A stretch of 64,000 nt of DNA from a virus (lineage: Duplodnaviria > Caudoviricetes), in the IMG/VR virus record IMGVR_UViG_3300050146_000027, positions 11,133-75,132 of that record; one strand, written 5' to 3'. Position numbers and translations under genes: made by a program. The notes beneath the pieces were generated by a model. The model was given only the letters and a program-made list of their open reading frames with translations, had not been told where the DNA came from and ran no database searches. Positions 1-7,836 of the stretch are shown in pieces (the first letter of the stretch is position 1; each line of letters starts with the position of its first letter).

Positions 1-738
1 CAACGATCGACCCTCATCCATTGGCATGTTGACCGTGCGAAAGGTCTCATAGGGCTTGTTCATGAAGTGCACTGACTCCATGACACGGCTCATCACCTTC
101 ACATGGACATGGAAGTTGTCCGGCAGCACCCACGAGTTGATGGTTGCATTGGGGTTCCACATCTGGATAAAGGCTTCGTTGAGCTCCCAGACTGCCGGAG
201 CCACGCTCTGCATGGTGTCTTCGAACACCTTGAGCAGCATGCCCTCACCAAAGACTTCTTTGGGCACAGCACGGGAACCGTACAGTGCCGTCATGATGGC
301 TTCCTTGGTTTTCTCACGGGTGATCTTGGCAGACTCGCCCAGCACAGCCAGCATGGCTTGGTAGATCACTGTGTAGCCGTCACGGCGCTCAGCTTCTGCC
401 TCTGGACTGAAGTCCAGCTTTTGTGTCTTGATCACATTGACCACATTGCACAGCTCAGCTGCTTTGCGGTCACCAGTCAGTGCAGCCAGGATCTGCAGAC
501 CAGAGCTGGTTGCATCCAGGGAGATCGGATAGCCTGAAGGCTTGCCGGCCTTGATGTCTTGCCAAGCAGTGACACCAGCAAAGTACAGAGCGGGCTCTGC
601 AGCTTGAGGCAGCACTTCCATGAGTTGCGGTTCATGGCGATCGAACCAGTCGATGCGTTCCTTCCAGGTTTTCTTGTCCAAGCCAAAGTTGTTGGCGATG
701 TCGATCTTCAAATAGGTTTTTCCATCAAAGAGTTGCAT
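1..738 (-). CDS. N4-like RNA polymerase II subunit 2 (gp16 homolog), 3'-truncated by window edge
   Basis: Manual translation from ATG at 738 (RBS GGAG): MQLFDGKTYLKIDIANNFGLDK..., matching the N4 RNAP2 N-terminus (YLKIDIAN.xGLDK). Frame runs off the window, so it is absent from the ORF track. Confidence 0.9.
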   Translation of the reverse strand, partial: MQLFDGKTYLKIDIANNFGLDKKTWKERIDWFDRHEPQLMEVLPQAAEPALYFAGVTAWQDIKAGKPSGYPISLDATSSGLQILAALTGDRKAAELCNVVNVIKTQKLDFSPEAEAERRDGYTVIYQAMLAVLGESAKITREKTKEAIMTALYGSRAVPKEVFGEGMLLKVFEDTMQSVAPAVWELNEAFIQMWNPNATINSWVLPDNFHVHVKVMSRVMESVHFMNKPYETFRTVNMPMDEGRSL

Positions 739-739
739 T

Positions 740-1240
740 TTATTTACTCCGTGGTCGTCGGTTATTCGCTTGTTCTTTGCGAGTAGCCCAGCGACAGTTA
801 TTAGGGGCATAGTTGCCATCGTTATCCATACGATCAATGGTCAGTTCATCGGCATATCCCGATTTGCGTGCCCATTGAGCGAAGGTCTCGAAGTCATCCC
901 ATGCAGGACAGATCGTTATTCCACGAGCACCGTAGTAGCTGTAGTTAACTGAGTTTGCGTTGTTGCAACGATCACGCATGCTTCGCCAGATCGTATGCAA
1001 GCGCGTGCCTGTTTGGCCATGTACTCGTGACATGTCGCCAGTCGTCTCACGACGGTAGCATCCACAAGATGTGGTTGTGCCTTTAGTCAGTGCGACCAGA
1101 AACACAATGGTCTCTGTTCCGCACTCGCAAAGGCAGTGCATTTTTCGCACCATACGCCCATTGGGCATCTGTGCAGGCACTGCTTCTTCAACTACTGTGA
1201 GGCGTCCAAAGGTTTGTCCGAGTACATCGAGTCGTCGCAT
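740..1240 (-). CDS. Free-standing HNH homing endonuclease
   Basis: [10 protein letters not shown]-x-C-x-C-G, TTSCGC, W..M..RC.N and [25 protein letters not shown] motifs typical of phage HNH endonucleases; RBS TAGGAG. Confidence 0.9.
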   Translation of the reverse strand: MRRLDVLGQTFGRLTVVEEAVPAQMPNGRMVRKMHCLCECGTETIVFLVALTKGTTTSCGCYRRETTGDMSRVHGQTGTRLHTIWRSMRDRCNNANSVNYSYYGARGITICPAWDDFETFAQWARKSGYADELTIDRMDNDGNYAPNNCRWATRKEQANNRRPRSK

Positions 1241-1248
1241 GGTAGCTC

Positions 1249-1296
1249 CTAAAAACTGATGAAGTATTGTATGCTATTTCCGGTAAATGTTTGCAT
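1249..1296 (-). pseudogene. Displaced remnant of an RNAP2 5' end ([15 protein letters not shown])
   Basis: Has an RBS GGAG 7 nt upstream. ATGCAAACATTTACCGGAAA aligns with the real RNAP2 start ATGCAACTCTTTGATGGAAA (14/20 nt), then homology ends. Confidence 0.5.
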
Positions 1297-1332
1297 TTCT
1301 CTGCTCCATTGCTTCTTGAGAAGGTTGTTGAA

Positions 1333-1662
1333 TTAGCGAGTAATCGCCCGCACTCTGTCTTTGCATGGTGACTCAGGGTACTTGTCAGAACCCTTGAGCA
1401 CACCACAGACTTTGCACATCTGCAGCTTGTAAAGCATGCTCGTTACTTTGAATCCAGCTTGCTCACCAGTGATCCAAGCATGTTTGAGTTTGCCGTCCTC
1501 ACGGTAGACAAGCAGTTCTTGATTGAGTGACTCGATCACATTGCTGATGACCGTTTCACTCTCCTCTTTGAGTTGCTCACGCACCCAACCTGGCAAGTCC
1601 ATTTGTTCGGACTTGAACCAGGCTGGGATCAGTGATGCAGCGACTTCGTCTGCCTCAGTCAT
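1333..1662 (-). CDS. Hypothetical protein with C-terminal CxxC...C
   Basis: 109-aa ORF, coupled (ATGA overlap) to the upstream ORF in the early operon. Confidence 0.6.
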   Translation of the reverse strand: MTEADEVAASLIPAWFKSEQMDLPGWVREQLKEESETVISNVIESLNQELLVYREDGKLKHAWITGEQAGFKVTSMLYKLQMCKVCGVLKGSDKYPESPCKDRVRAITR

Positions 1663-1832
1663 GGGGCTTTACTCCCACAAGAGTTGCAACAGTAGCCCCG
1701 CATCACAGGCCACTTGCAATGGCGGCATGTGTAGATCTGCGGTGCCCATTCAGTGAGCATTTCAAGCTTTCTTTCCTCAAACTGCTTTGAAGTCGGTGGG
1801 CTTGGCAACTTGCGTTTTTCTTCATCAGTCAT
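1659..1832 (-). CDS. Small zinc-ribbon-like hypothetical protein
   Basis: MTDEEKRK...CRHC...CCNSCG; start overlaps the RNAP1 stop. Confidence 0.55.
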   Translation of the reverse strand: MTDEEKRKLPSPPTSKQFEERKLEMLTEWAPQIYTCRHCKWPVMRGYCCNSCGSKAP

Positions 1833-2644
1833 TCGACATGCTCCTTGTTGGCGAATTGAATTACTGCCTTGTTCCACGCAGCACCTTGATAGGTGACGTG
1901 GTAGCCCTGGCAGTACGTGCGACCACGCTTGTCGTACTTGTGGGTCAAATAGAAATCTGATCCCTCACGTTGAAGCAGGTCGATGACATCTCGTGCAGTG
2001 CGATCGTATTTCTCGAAGGCACGCCGGCGACGATCAAAGTCGGCCTTGGTCTCGCCCTCTTTGGGCTTGTCCAGATTCCGCCACTTGTTCTTCACCATCT
2101 GAGCAGTGCGATGATCGATGGTCAGCTTGATGGCATTCATGCGGTTGATGTGGTCGAGACACACATCATCATCATGGTGGTTGTTCCGGAGAATGACTGA
2201 CCCCTTGGAGGTCAGGTAGCCATTCTCTTTGTTGGTTCCCACGAACTTCGGAGGTACCACCATTGGCAGAGGGAACTGGAAGCGATCCAGTTCTTCTTGC
2301 ACCTTTTCGGAGACTGTGAACTTGACGATGAATGTCTCCAGGACAGGGTCCCAGTCCATGAGATCAGCCTCAGCACTGCGATACAGCAGATCAGCACACT
2401 CTTGTGGATCACGAGTGAGATGCTGCAAGCAGCCCACCATGATTGGCAGAGATGCGCGTTTGTGCAGTGCCATTTGTGTGAGCACTTCAATGGCAAAGCC
2501 TGATGGAATGCCTTTGCTCTCGGCGTATTTCATGAAGTCGAATTCGCTGCAGCCAGCGAACTCTGCACGAATGCGAGGGAGCAACTGGTTTTTGTTGAAC
2601 AGTTGTTCCAGTTGGATCTGATGCTGCTTTTTGGCGTCTCGCAT
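1829..2644 (-). CDS. N4-like RNA polymerase II subunit 1 (gp15 homolog)
   Basis: C-terminal FYLTHKYDKRGRTYCQGYHVTYQG..WNKAVIQFA motif and RFQFPLPMVVPP, characteristic of N4 RNAP1. Confidence 0.9.
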   Translation of the reverse strand: MRDAKKQHQIQLEQLFNKNQLLPRIRAEFAGCSEFDFMKYAESKGIPSGFAIEVLTQMALHKRASLPIMVGCLQHLTRDPQECADLLYRSAEADLMDWDPVLETFIVKFTVSEKVQEELDRFQFPLPMVVPPKFVGTNKENGYLTSKGSVILRNNHHDDDVCLDHINRMNAIKLTIDHRTAQMVKNKWRNLDKPKEGETKADFDRRRRAFEKYDRTARDVIDLLQREGSDFYLTHKYDKRGRTYCQGYHVTYQGAAWNKAVIQFANKEHVE

Positions 2645-2659
2645 TTGATGCTCCTTGAT

Positions 2660-2878
2660 TCAGTTGGGATTGATTGCTGGACGAGCAATCTGTTGAACGA
2701 TGGTTGTCTCGATTTTCACGAGAGCCAGTCGAAGATAGAACTCTTTGTGCTTCTCAGCCAAGAGTTTCTTGGCAAGCCAGACTTCAGCATCTCGTTGTGA
2801 GAGCAGTTCTTGAGCTACACCACCAGCAGCTGTTTGCCACTGGTACACAGAACGCTGGATCGTATTTTCTTTGCACAT
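2660..2878 (-). CDS. Hypothetical protein
   Basis: 72-aa ORF co-oriented and packed in the early operon, with RBS AAGGA. Confidence 0.55.
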   Translation of the reverse strand: MCKENTIQRSVYQWQTAAGGVAQELLSQRDAEVWLAKKLLAEKHKEFYLRLALVKIETTIVQQIARPAINPN

Positions 2879-2900
2879 GATTGATCCTTAATCGGTTGGT

Positions 2901-3284
2901 TTAGAAAGTGCCCCAGTAGTCATAGCCCGCTCCGAGTAATGGTTCCCATTCCAGATCGAAGTGGCAATTCCTCGGTGCTCCGATGAACATCGGAGCAATC
3001 TCCGAATCTTTGAGACCAGCCAAGCCACAGCCAATCCGTGTCACTTGGAACACTAGCTTGGGATGATCTTTGGCGTAGGCAATGAAGCCTTTGATGTACA
3101 GATCGATGCGGCCTGTGGGCAGCGTCTCGATGTACTCATCTTTGGTTGGGATAGCGAACGAGTCACCGCAGTGCCCATAGCTGAAACCCCAACGTGCACC
3201 ATGCTTCTGGTATGCAGTCTTTGCTGCACCAGCACCATGTACACCGGCAGCATTACTACCGAATACAAAAACTCGTTTGGACAT
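2901..3284 (-). CDS. A1S_2505-like phage protein (possible macro-like fold)
   Basis: VFVFGSNAAGVHGAGAA...SFAIPTK...FQVTRIGCGLAG signature of a widespread phage family; the macro-like fold is inference. Confidence 0.7.
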   Translation of the reverse strand: MSKRVFVFGSNAAGVHGAGAAKTAYQKHGARWGFSYGHCGDSFAIPTKDEYIETLPTGRIDLYIKGFIAYAKDHPKLVFQVTRIGCGLAGLKDSEIAPMFIGAPRNCHFDLEWEPLLGAGYDYWGTF

Positions 3285-3304
3285 GTTCTTTCCTTGGTTC
3301 AGAT

Positions 3305-3646
3305 TTAGCAATGGTTTTTGGCCCACTGCAGTCGTTTGGGGTTGATGTGGCAGGTGTCCTGTCTCATTTCAATGCTCATGGAGTTCTCGTCCTTTGAGTA
3401 CCTGTTGAATGGGTATTGCTTGTCTAACCCAGCTTCAACAAATTGCCTGATCATTTCCCCGGCATACATCGTGTGATGACCATAGCAACTGTGCTGAAAA
3501 CAAAACAATCGAAGATTTCCGCAGAGGCCGACACCACGCAAGAACTCAAAAGGATTCTTGGGGTGAAGAACAGTCTCTGGGGCACCAACATCAAGCCAAT
3601 CGACATAAGCTTGATAGAAGGCAGTCAGTTCGTCAGATTGACTCAT
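3305..3646 (-). CDS. Hypothetical protein
   Basis: 113-aa ORF in the early operon with RBS AAAGG. Confidence 0.55.
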   Translation of the reverse strand: MSQSDELTAFYQAYVDWLDVGAPETVLHPKNPFEFLRGVGLCGNLRLFCFQHSCYGHHTMYAGEMIRQFVEAGLDKQYPFNRYSKDENSMSIEMRQDTCHINPKRLQWAKNHC

Positions 3647-3684
3647 GGGAACCTTTCATGTGTTTAGCGATAGGCGCGAGAATA

Positions 3685-3710
3685 CAAACACCGCCCGCTG
3701 GCGGTGTTTG
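3685..3710. terminator. 11-bp perfect hairpin, possible terminator
   Basis: CAAACACCGCC-CGCT-GGCGGTGTTTG in an intergenic gap. Confidence 0.45.
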
Positions 3711-3725
3711 GTTCGAGCTAAAGCT

Positions 3726-3878
3726 TTAGCAGATCACATCAGTCTCAACCCTTACCCGCTCACGCAAGTAAAAGAAGACTTCAGTTTCCCAACTGTCTTG
3801 TCGGTTTTCGATGAACCACCACAGTGCAACTGTGGTGGGCAACGTTTCCAGATAGGCAATCACTTCTTTAGGTGTCAT
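3726..3878 (-). CDS. Small hypothetical protein (50 aa)
   Basis: Manual translation MTPKEVIAYLETLPTTVALWWFIENRQD...; starts 2 nt after the upstream stop; below the ORF-track cutoff. Confidence 0.5.
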   Translation of the reverse strand: MTPKEVIAYLETLPTTVALWWFIENRQDSWETEVFFYLRERVRVETDVIC

Positions 3879-3880
3879 GT

Positions 3881-4429
3881 TCATACTGCTCCCAGTGGCA
3901 CATGAATACGCAACTTGTCAGCTGCCATGTCCCATGTCATTTTGGTGCCACCATCAGCTGGCACATCACCTTCAGCAAAGGTGAACGCCACCATATGGGT
4001 ACAGGTGTTGCCCACCTTGCGATTGCGTGCAGCGAATGCACCGTAGCCAGAGCTGGCAGGTTCTTCAGTGATGGCCACCGAAGATCGGTACATGAATGCT
4101 TGCTTGATGTGGTCCAAGGACTTGAATCCCATGACCTCACTAAACAGCCCGTGGTAGTAGTTGCAAGTCTGGCCAGCACTCATGCTTGGGCCTTCGAACT
4201 TGCCATTCACGAATGGTGCAGGCAGATGCAGGATCAGGCTCTTCACCAGCCCAGTGCCATAGGCCCAGATGGCAACATGGTCAGCCCAGGCAGCACCACC
4301 AGACACGAGCGTGTCTTCTGGCTTGACCTCAGCAGCGATTGTTTCACACATGAAGTCCCAATGTTTGTCAGTCATGGGACGCGTCTTGTCTCGGCCAGCT
4401 GTGCCGATGACTGCGATGATTCGAGACAT
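3881..4429 (-). CDS. SLOG-superfamily (YspA/DprA-like) protein
   Basis: IIAVIGTAGR, LVSGGAAWADH and ARNRKV...HMVAF match SLOG Rossmannoid motifs. Confidence 0.65.
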   Translation of the reverse strand: MSRIIAVIGTAGRDKTRPMTDKHWDFMCETIAAEVKPEDTLVSGGAAWADHVAIWAYGTGLVKSLILHLPAPFVNGKFEGPSMSAGQTCNYYHGLFSEVMGFKSLDHIKQAFMYRSSVAITEEPASSGYGAFAARNRKVGNTCTHMVAFTFAEGDVPADGGTKMTWDMAADKLRIHVPLGAV

Positions 4430-4434
4430 GGTCT

Positions 4435-4449
4435 CTCCTATTTAGGTTG
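4435..4449 (-). repeat. Gene-junction 15-mer CAACCTAAATAGGAG, copy 1
   Basis: Exact copies at 4435-4449, 5308-5322 and 5678-5692; each contains an RBS directly before a start codon. Confidence 0.8.
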
Positions 4450-4453
4450 AGGT

Positions 4454-4822
4454 TTATTTGACGATCTCAACGATAAAGTTGGGATGTTTCCCTTTCCATC
4501 GTTTGATGGCAGCTTCACAAGCCTTGCGTGTGGTAAAGCATTGCTGGGCTCTGTTGTCGTAGCACCAGCCACGAATACCCAGGTCACCTGGGAAAATGAC
4601 AGAACCACGATCATCAATCTCCATGACTGCCCCAAAATAGAGCTCAGAGTCACTGATCTGATTTGCTGATACAGCCCTCCAGTAATCGTTTTCACGAGCA
4701 CTGATGCGGATGCAGACCGCAAAGTTTTTGCCCCCGAGGGTCTTTCTCGAATAGCCTGGGATGAAGGCAAGAGCACCTGGCTTGAGTGTCTTCTTGCTGT
4801 GGGTTGTTGAGCGGATTGGCAT
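4454..4822 (-). CDS. Hypothetical protein
   Basis: 122-aa ORF in the early operon. Confidence 0.55.
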   Translation of the reverse strand: MPIRSTTHSKKTLKPGALAFIPGYSRKTLGGKNFAVCIRISARENDYWRAVSANQISDSELYFGAVMEIDDRGSVIFPGDLGIRGWCYDNRAQQCFTTRKACEAAIKRWKGKHPNFIVEIVK

Positions 4823-4845
4823 GGCTTCTTAATCCTTTTCTTGAT

Positions 4846-5301
4846 TCAGTGTTGAGAGTTGAGCTTCAGTTCTATACGAACTGCTTTGTCCACGAGTTCT
4901 TTGATGTAGTCACCGTGGCATTGTTGTGGTGCGCAGAAGCAGACCAGATTGACTGGCATGCCTTTGAGCACCTTGTTGGCGATGTCGTCAAGCTCTTTGA
5001 TCACAGGCTTGTCTGCCTGCGAGAGCTTTGTGGTCAGCCATCCAGCGTAGAGAGCACAGACCATCTTGCGAGGGACTGATGCTGTGATGGCATGGGGATT
5101 GCCCAGCCTGGAGCCACGGCCGATGTACACGTCATCAGGTGTGGGTACATGGGTGTGCTTGTTGACCACGGTCACCTTCCCAGGTGCCACGGCTGCATGC
5201 AAGAGCATGACAGCGTGATTTGCCCAATCAGCTTTGGTGCGGCAACGGCCACACTTGAAGTCCCAGTTGGACTGGAGGCCTTTCTTGCATGCGCATTGCA
5301 T
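4846..5301 (-). CDS. DUF4326-family protein
   Basis: VVNK...DVYIGRGS.LGNP and NLVCFCAPQQCHGD motifs. Confidence 0.75.
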   Translation of the reverse strand: MQCACKKGLQSNWDFKCGRCRTKADWANHAVMLLHAAVAPGKVTVVNKHTHVPTPDDVYIGRGSRLGNPHAITASVPRKMVCALYAGWLTTKLSQADKPVIKELDDIANKVLKGMPVNLVCFCAPQQCHGDYIKELVDKAVRIELKLNSQH

Positions 5302-5307
5302 GGTTTT

Positions 5308-5322
5308 CTCCTATTTAGGTTG
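5308..5322 (-). repeat. Gene-junction 15-mer, copy 2
   Basis: Exact match to copy 1. Confidence 0.8.
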
Positions 5323-5461
5323 GTGGGAACTTGCCATTGATCCAGTTGGTCACGTCATCCCAGGCCATGCGGCACAAGATGCACAGAACAAAGATAGGAC
5401 CCCAGGCCATGATGGTTGCCATCAAGAACAGCCTGAGAAGGACTTTTTGTTTCTTGGTCAT
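5315..5461 (-). CDS. Small membrane protein (48 aa)
   Basis: MTKKQKVLLRLFLMATIMAWGPIFVLCILCRMAWDD...; one hydrophobic segment; manual translation. Confidence 0.5.
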   Translation of the reverse strand: MTKKQKVLLRLFLMATIMAWGPIFVLCILCRMAWDDVTNWINGKFPPT

Positions 5462-5473
5462 GTGACCTCTTAT

Positions 5474-5671
5474 TTATGTCGCGTCGTAGGCCAAGATCAG
5501 GCCTTGGATTGCCAGGACAGCCATGAAGATCCACATGACAAACATGAGGTAATGCTTTGGGGGAATCACCAACTGGTCTTTTGTGACCATAACGATGATG
5601 TTCAAGAGGAGCACAACACCGTCAGTGAATGTCAGTGTGTTGATCCCAGCTTGAATGAAAAAGTTGAGCAT
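5474..5671 (-). CDS. Small two-TM membrane protein
   Basis: Two hydrophobic stretches; RBS from junction repeat copy 3. Confidence 0.55.
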   Translation of the reverse strand: MLNFFIQAGINTLTFTDGVVLLLNIIVMVTKDQLVIPPKHYLMFVMWIFMAVLAIQGLILAYDAT

Positions 5672-5677
5672 GATCTA

Positions 5678-5692
5678 CTCCTATTTAGGTTG
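5678..5692 (-). repeat. Gene-junction 15-mer, copy 3
   Basis: Exact match to copy 1. Confidence 0.8.
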
Positions 5693-5836
5693 TGAACGCA
5701 GCTTGAGCTGACATTCAGCATGGATGGTGAACAGGGATGTGTAGTAGGCAGCGGCGTTGCCACACACATCTTTCTTGGCTCGTTCTTGAGCTGATGGGAT
5801 CAGCACAATGGGCTTATTGCAGTGGGTGCACTTCAT
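5681..5836 (-). CDS. Small Cys/His zinc-finger-like protein (51 aa)
   Basis: MKCTHCNKPIVLIPSAQERAKK...HAECQLKLRSQPK*; manual translation. Confidence 0.5.
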   Translation of the reverse strand: MKCTHCNKPIVLIPSAQERAKKDVCGNAAAYYTSLFTIHAECQLKLRSQPK

Positions 5837-5917
5837 TTTTACCCTTTAGGTGAGTCCAGCCAAAAAGTTCAAATAAGTAGGGCATGACTTATCGCCATGA
5901 CCTATCGAGTTGAAATG

Positions 5918-5944
5918 AAAAGAGCCACCCGAAGGCAGCTCTTT
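5918..5944 (-). terminator. Intrinsic terminator
   Basis: GAGCTGCC-TTCG-GGTGGCTC-TTTT on the minus strand (UUCG tetraloop), just after a stop codon. Confidence 0.7.
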
Positions 5945-5965
5945 AGATGCGAGTTGGAAGGACGA

Positions 5966-6187
5966 TTACTTCGTCGCAGACTCGCCAAACGTCGAACGAG
6001 GACGCTTGGAATCGATGTCACGGTACTTGCGTTCCTGACGTTGACAGGCAGCTTCCCCGTCCTTGCGATGAACTGCGTGGGTGGCCTGCAAATAAATCTG
6101 AGCAGGCGTCGGCTGACGGATCATGTTGAGCTCAGGCTTCTTCACTTGGCTGAATTGCTTGTCAGTGGCGTTGGCTTTGATGGTCAT
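5966..6187 (-). CDS. Basic hypothetical protein
   Basis: 73-aa ORF with upstream GGAG, followed by a terminator. Confidence 0.5.
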   Translation of the reverse strand: MTIKANATDKQFSQVKKPELNMIRQPTPAQIYLQATHAVHRKDGEAACQRQERKYRDIDSKRPRSTFGESATK

Positions 6188-6283
6188 GGTTTCTCCAGTG
6201 AGAGTTGAAAGTTAAAGGAGGCAAGTTGCCCAGCATACCCTCGGTTAAAAGGGCATGCGGAGTTCTCGGGAACCAGGCTTGGA

Positions 6284-6736
6284 TCAGAACTTCAGTTCAC
6301 GGATGAACTGGTTCTGGTCGGGAGCGATTTCGGCCTGTTCGTCATTGACACGACGCAGCTGGATCGACAGGTTCAGGATGACCTCTTCGCCAGGCTTGAG
6401 CTGTTCAGCACGAGCCATGATCTGGTCCATGAGGTTGTTACGTGCCGATTGGAAGGCAGCAAACTCATGGTTGCGGGAGTTGGTGGCCAGGCGTTCTTGG
6501 CCGTCCAGCGGGATGCCGGCCGGCAACGAGACGAACTTGGTGCCACCAGAGGCTTCATCAGCAACGCCGGAGTCATAGCCGATGTTCAGCCAGAACTTGG
6601 CCTTGGGACGGTCACCAGAGTTGCCCTTGCCATTGACGGAAGTCGGAGCAGGAGCTGCACCGAAAGTGCGATGGAAGTCAATGCCACCAGGAGTACCGGT
6701 AGCAGCAGGAGCATGAGTGTTTGCGTTCGTGGACAT
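6284..6736 (-). CDS. N4 gp2 homolog (ssDNA-binding activator of RNAP II middle transcription)
   Basis: DRPKAKFWLNIGY...FVSLPAGIPLD...LKPGEEVILNLSIQLRRV closely matches N4 gp2; start taken at MSTNAN. Confidence 0.85.
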   Translation of the reverse strand: MSTNANTHAPAATGTPGGIDFHRTFGAAPAPTSVNGKGNSGDRPKAKFWLNIGYDSGVADEASGGTKFVSLPAGIPLDGQERLATNSRNHEFAAFQSARNNLMDQIMARAEQLKPGEEVILNLSIQLRRVNDEQAEIAPDQNQFIRELKF

Positions 6737-6796
6737 GATGTGATCCTTGGAGGTGATGTGAGAGATGAATGAATAGATGCTGACAACCAGCAACCA

Positions 6797-6815
6797 CCAA
6801 AAGACGCGCAGCGTC
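6797..6815 (-). promoter_or_regulatory. vRNAP early hairpin promoter (P2-like)
   Basis: Template (+) strand CCAAAA-GACGC-GCA-GCGTC, versus N4 P2 CCAAAA-GAAGC-GGA-GCTTC; upstream of gp2. Confidence 0.8.
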
Positions 6816-6835
6816 AGTGACTTAGCCGAGCAAGC

Positions 6836-7012
6836 TCAGCGGATGATTCCAACTTTGACAACGGAGTTGAGTGCGTAGAACATGCCAAGAAGCATGGCAG
6901 CAGTGCCCACCCATTGGGTGACTGCGTCAGCTCCAAAGGCAGCACACATGCCGCCCAGGGTGATCATGACCAAGCCTGCAATGAATAGGACGATGAATTG
7001 GAGCAGGGACAT
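6836..7012 (-). CDS. Small two-TM membrane protein
   Basis: MSLLQFIVLFIAGLVMITLGG...AAMLLGMFYALNSVV; RBS GAGG. Confidence 0.55.
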   Translation of the reverse strand: MSLLQFIVLFIAGLVMITLGGMCAAFGADAVTQWVGTAAMLLGMFYALNSVVKVGIIR

Positions 7013-7023
7013 TTGAGGTGACC

Positions 7024-7257
7024 TCACTGGTAGTTGAGTTCGACGTTGATGGTGCGGAAGGTGATTTCTTCGTCATCATTCTCGAAGGTGGTGATGTAGT
7101 GGTCGTGGTTGATGCCGACACCGATGATGCCTGAATCAGCCACTTCCACGCCGACGTAGAGCAGCTTGTCAGAGCCTTCGTAGATCTGACCGTGCTTGAG
7201 GCTTTCACTCCCCAGCGGGTAGAGCTGGGTTGTCTTGTTGTTGATGGTGATGGGCAT
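7024..7257 (-). CDS. Hypothetical early protein
   Basis: 77-aa ORF with RBS AGGAG and strong phage-like codon usage. Confidence 0.6.
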   Translation of the reverse strand: MPITINNKTTQLYPLGSESLKHGQIYEGSDKLLYVGVEVADSGIIGVGINHDHYITTFENDDEEITFRTINVELNYQ

Positions 7258-7300
7258 AGCCACTCCTATTTATGTCTAAAAGACGGAGAGAGTTGGACTC

Positions 7301-7435
7301 TCAGATGCAGGAACGGGAGATCTCATGGCCCATGCAAGCAGGGTCGAAGAGCTCAGCGTTGGTGATGTAGAGACCAACCAGACAGAGCGCAATCAGGATG
7401 ACAGCGACTGTCTTCAGAATGGGATGATTGACCAT
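7301..7435 (-). CDS. Small membrane/secreted protein (44 aa)
   Basis: MVNHPILKTVAVILIALCLVGLYITNAELFDPACMGHEISRSCI*; manual translation. Confidence 0.45.
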   Translation of the reverse strand: MVNHPILKTVAVILIALCLVGLYITNAELFDPACMGHEISRSCI

Positions 7436-7515
7436 GATGATTAGACCTATCTTAGGGATGGGATCAACCTACCCTGGTGAGGGATAGGTTGAAGGGAGGC
7501 TTAGGCCTTGTTTAG

Positions 7516-7836
7516 TTAGGCCTTGAGCAGAGTTGCGAGCTCGTCGTAAGCTTGTTGGTACTGAGTACCATGTTGCTCACTTTGCTTGGCGAATGCTTGC
7601 ATTTGGATGCGTGACTCGGCCAGTTCCTGTGCCTTCTCCTGATGGAGAGTCTTCTCGAAGATGGCGTTGTCCAGCTTGGAGCGGACTTCTTGGCGAAGAG
7701 CAGCGTCAGTGACGAACTTGTTTGCCATGCCAACAGCGGAGTTGATGGCGGTGAGTGCACCAGTAGCAGTATTGGCAGTTGTTTGCACAGCAGCCAGGAT
7801 GGAGCCAACGGTCATGCGTGAGTTAGCGACGGACAT
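7516..7836 (-). CDS. N4 gp1 homolog (first early gene)
   Basis: Ala/Thr-rich N-terminus (TATGALTAINSAVGMAN) and helical C-terminus like gp1 of N4/LIT1; first gene behind a hairpin promoter. Confidence 0.7.
   Translation of the reverse strand: MSVANSRMTVGSILAAVQTTANTATGALTAINSAVGMANKFVTDAALRQEVRSKLDNAIFEKTLHQEKAQELAESRIQMQAFAKQSEQHGTQYQQAYDELATLLKA

Noticed and set aside
7464-7492. Hairpin after gp1 as an intrinsic terminator
   Set aside because: The stem is present but there is no U tract on the coding strand, so its function cannot be supported.
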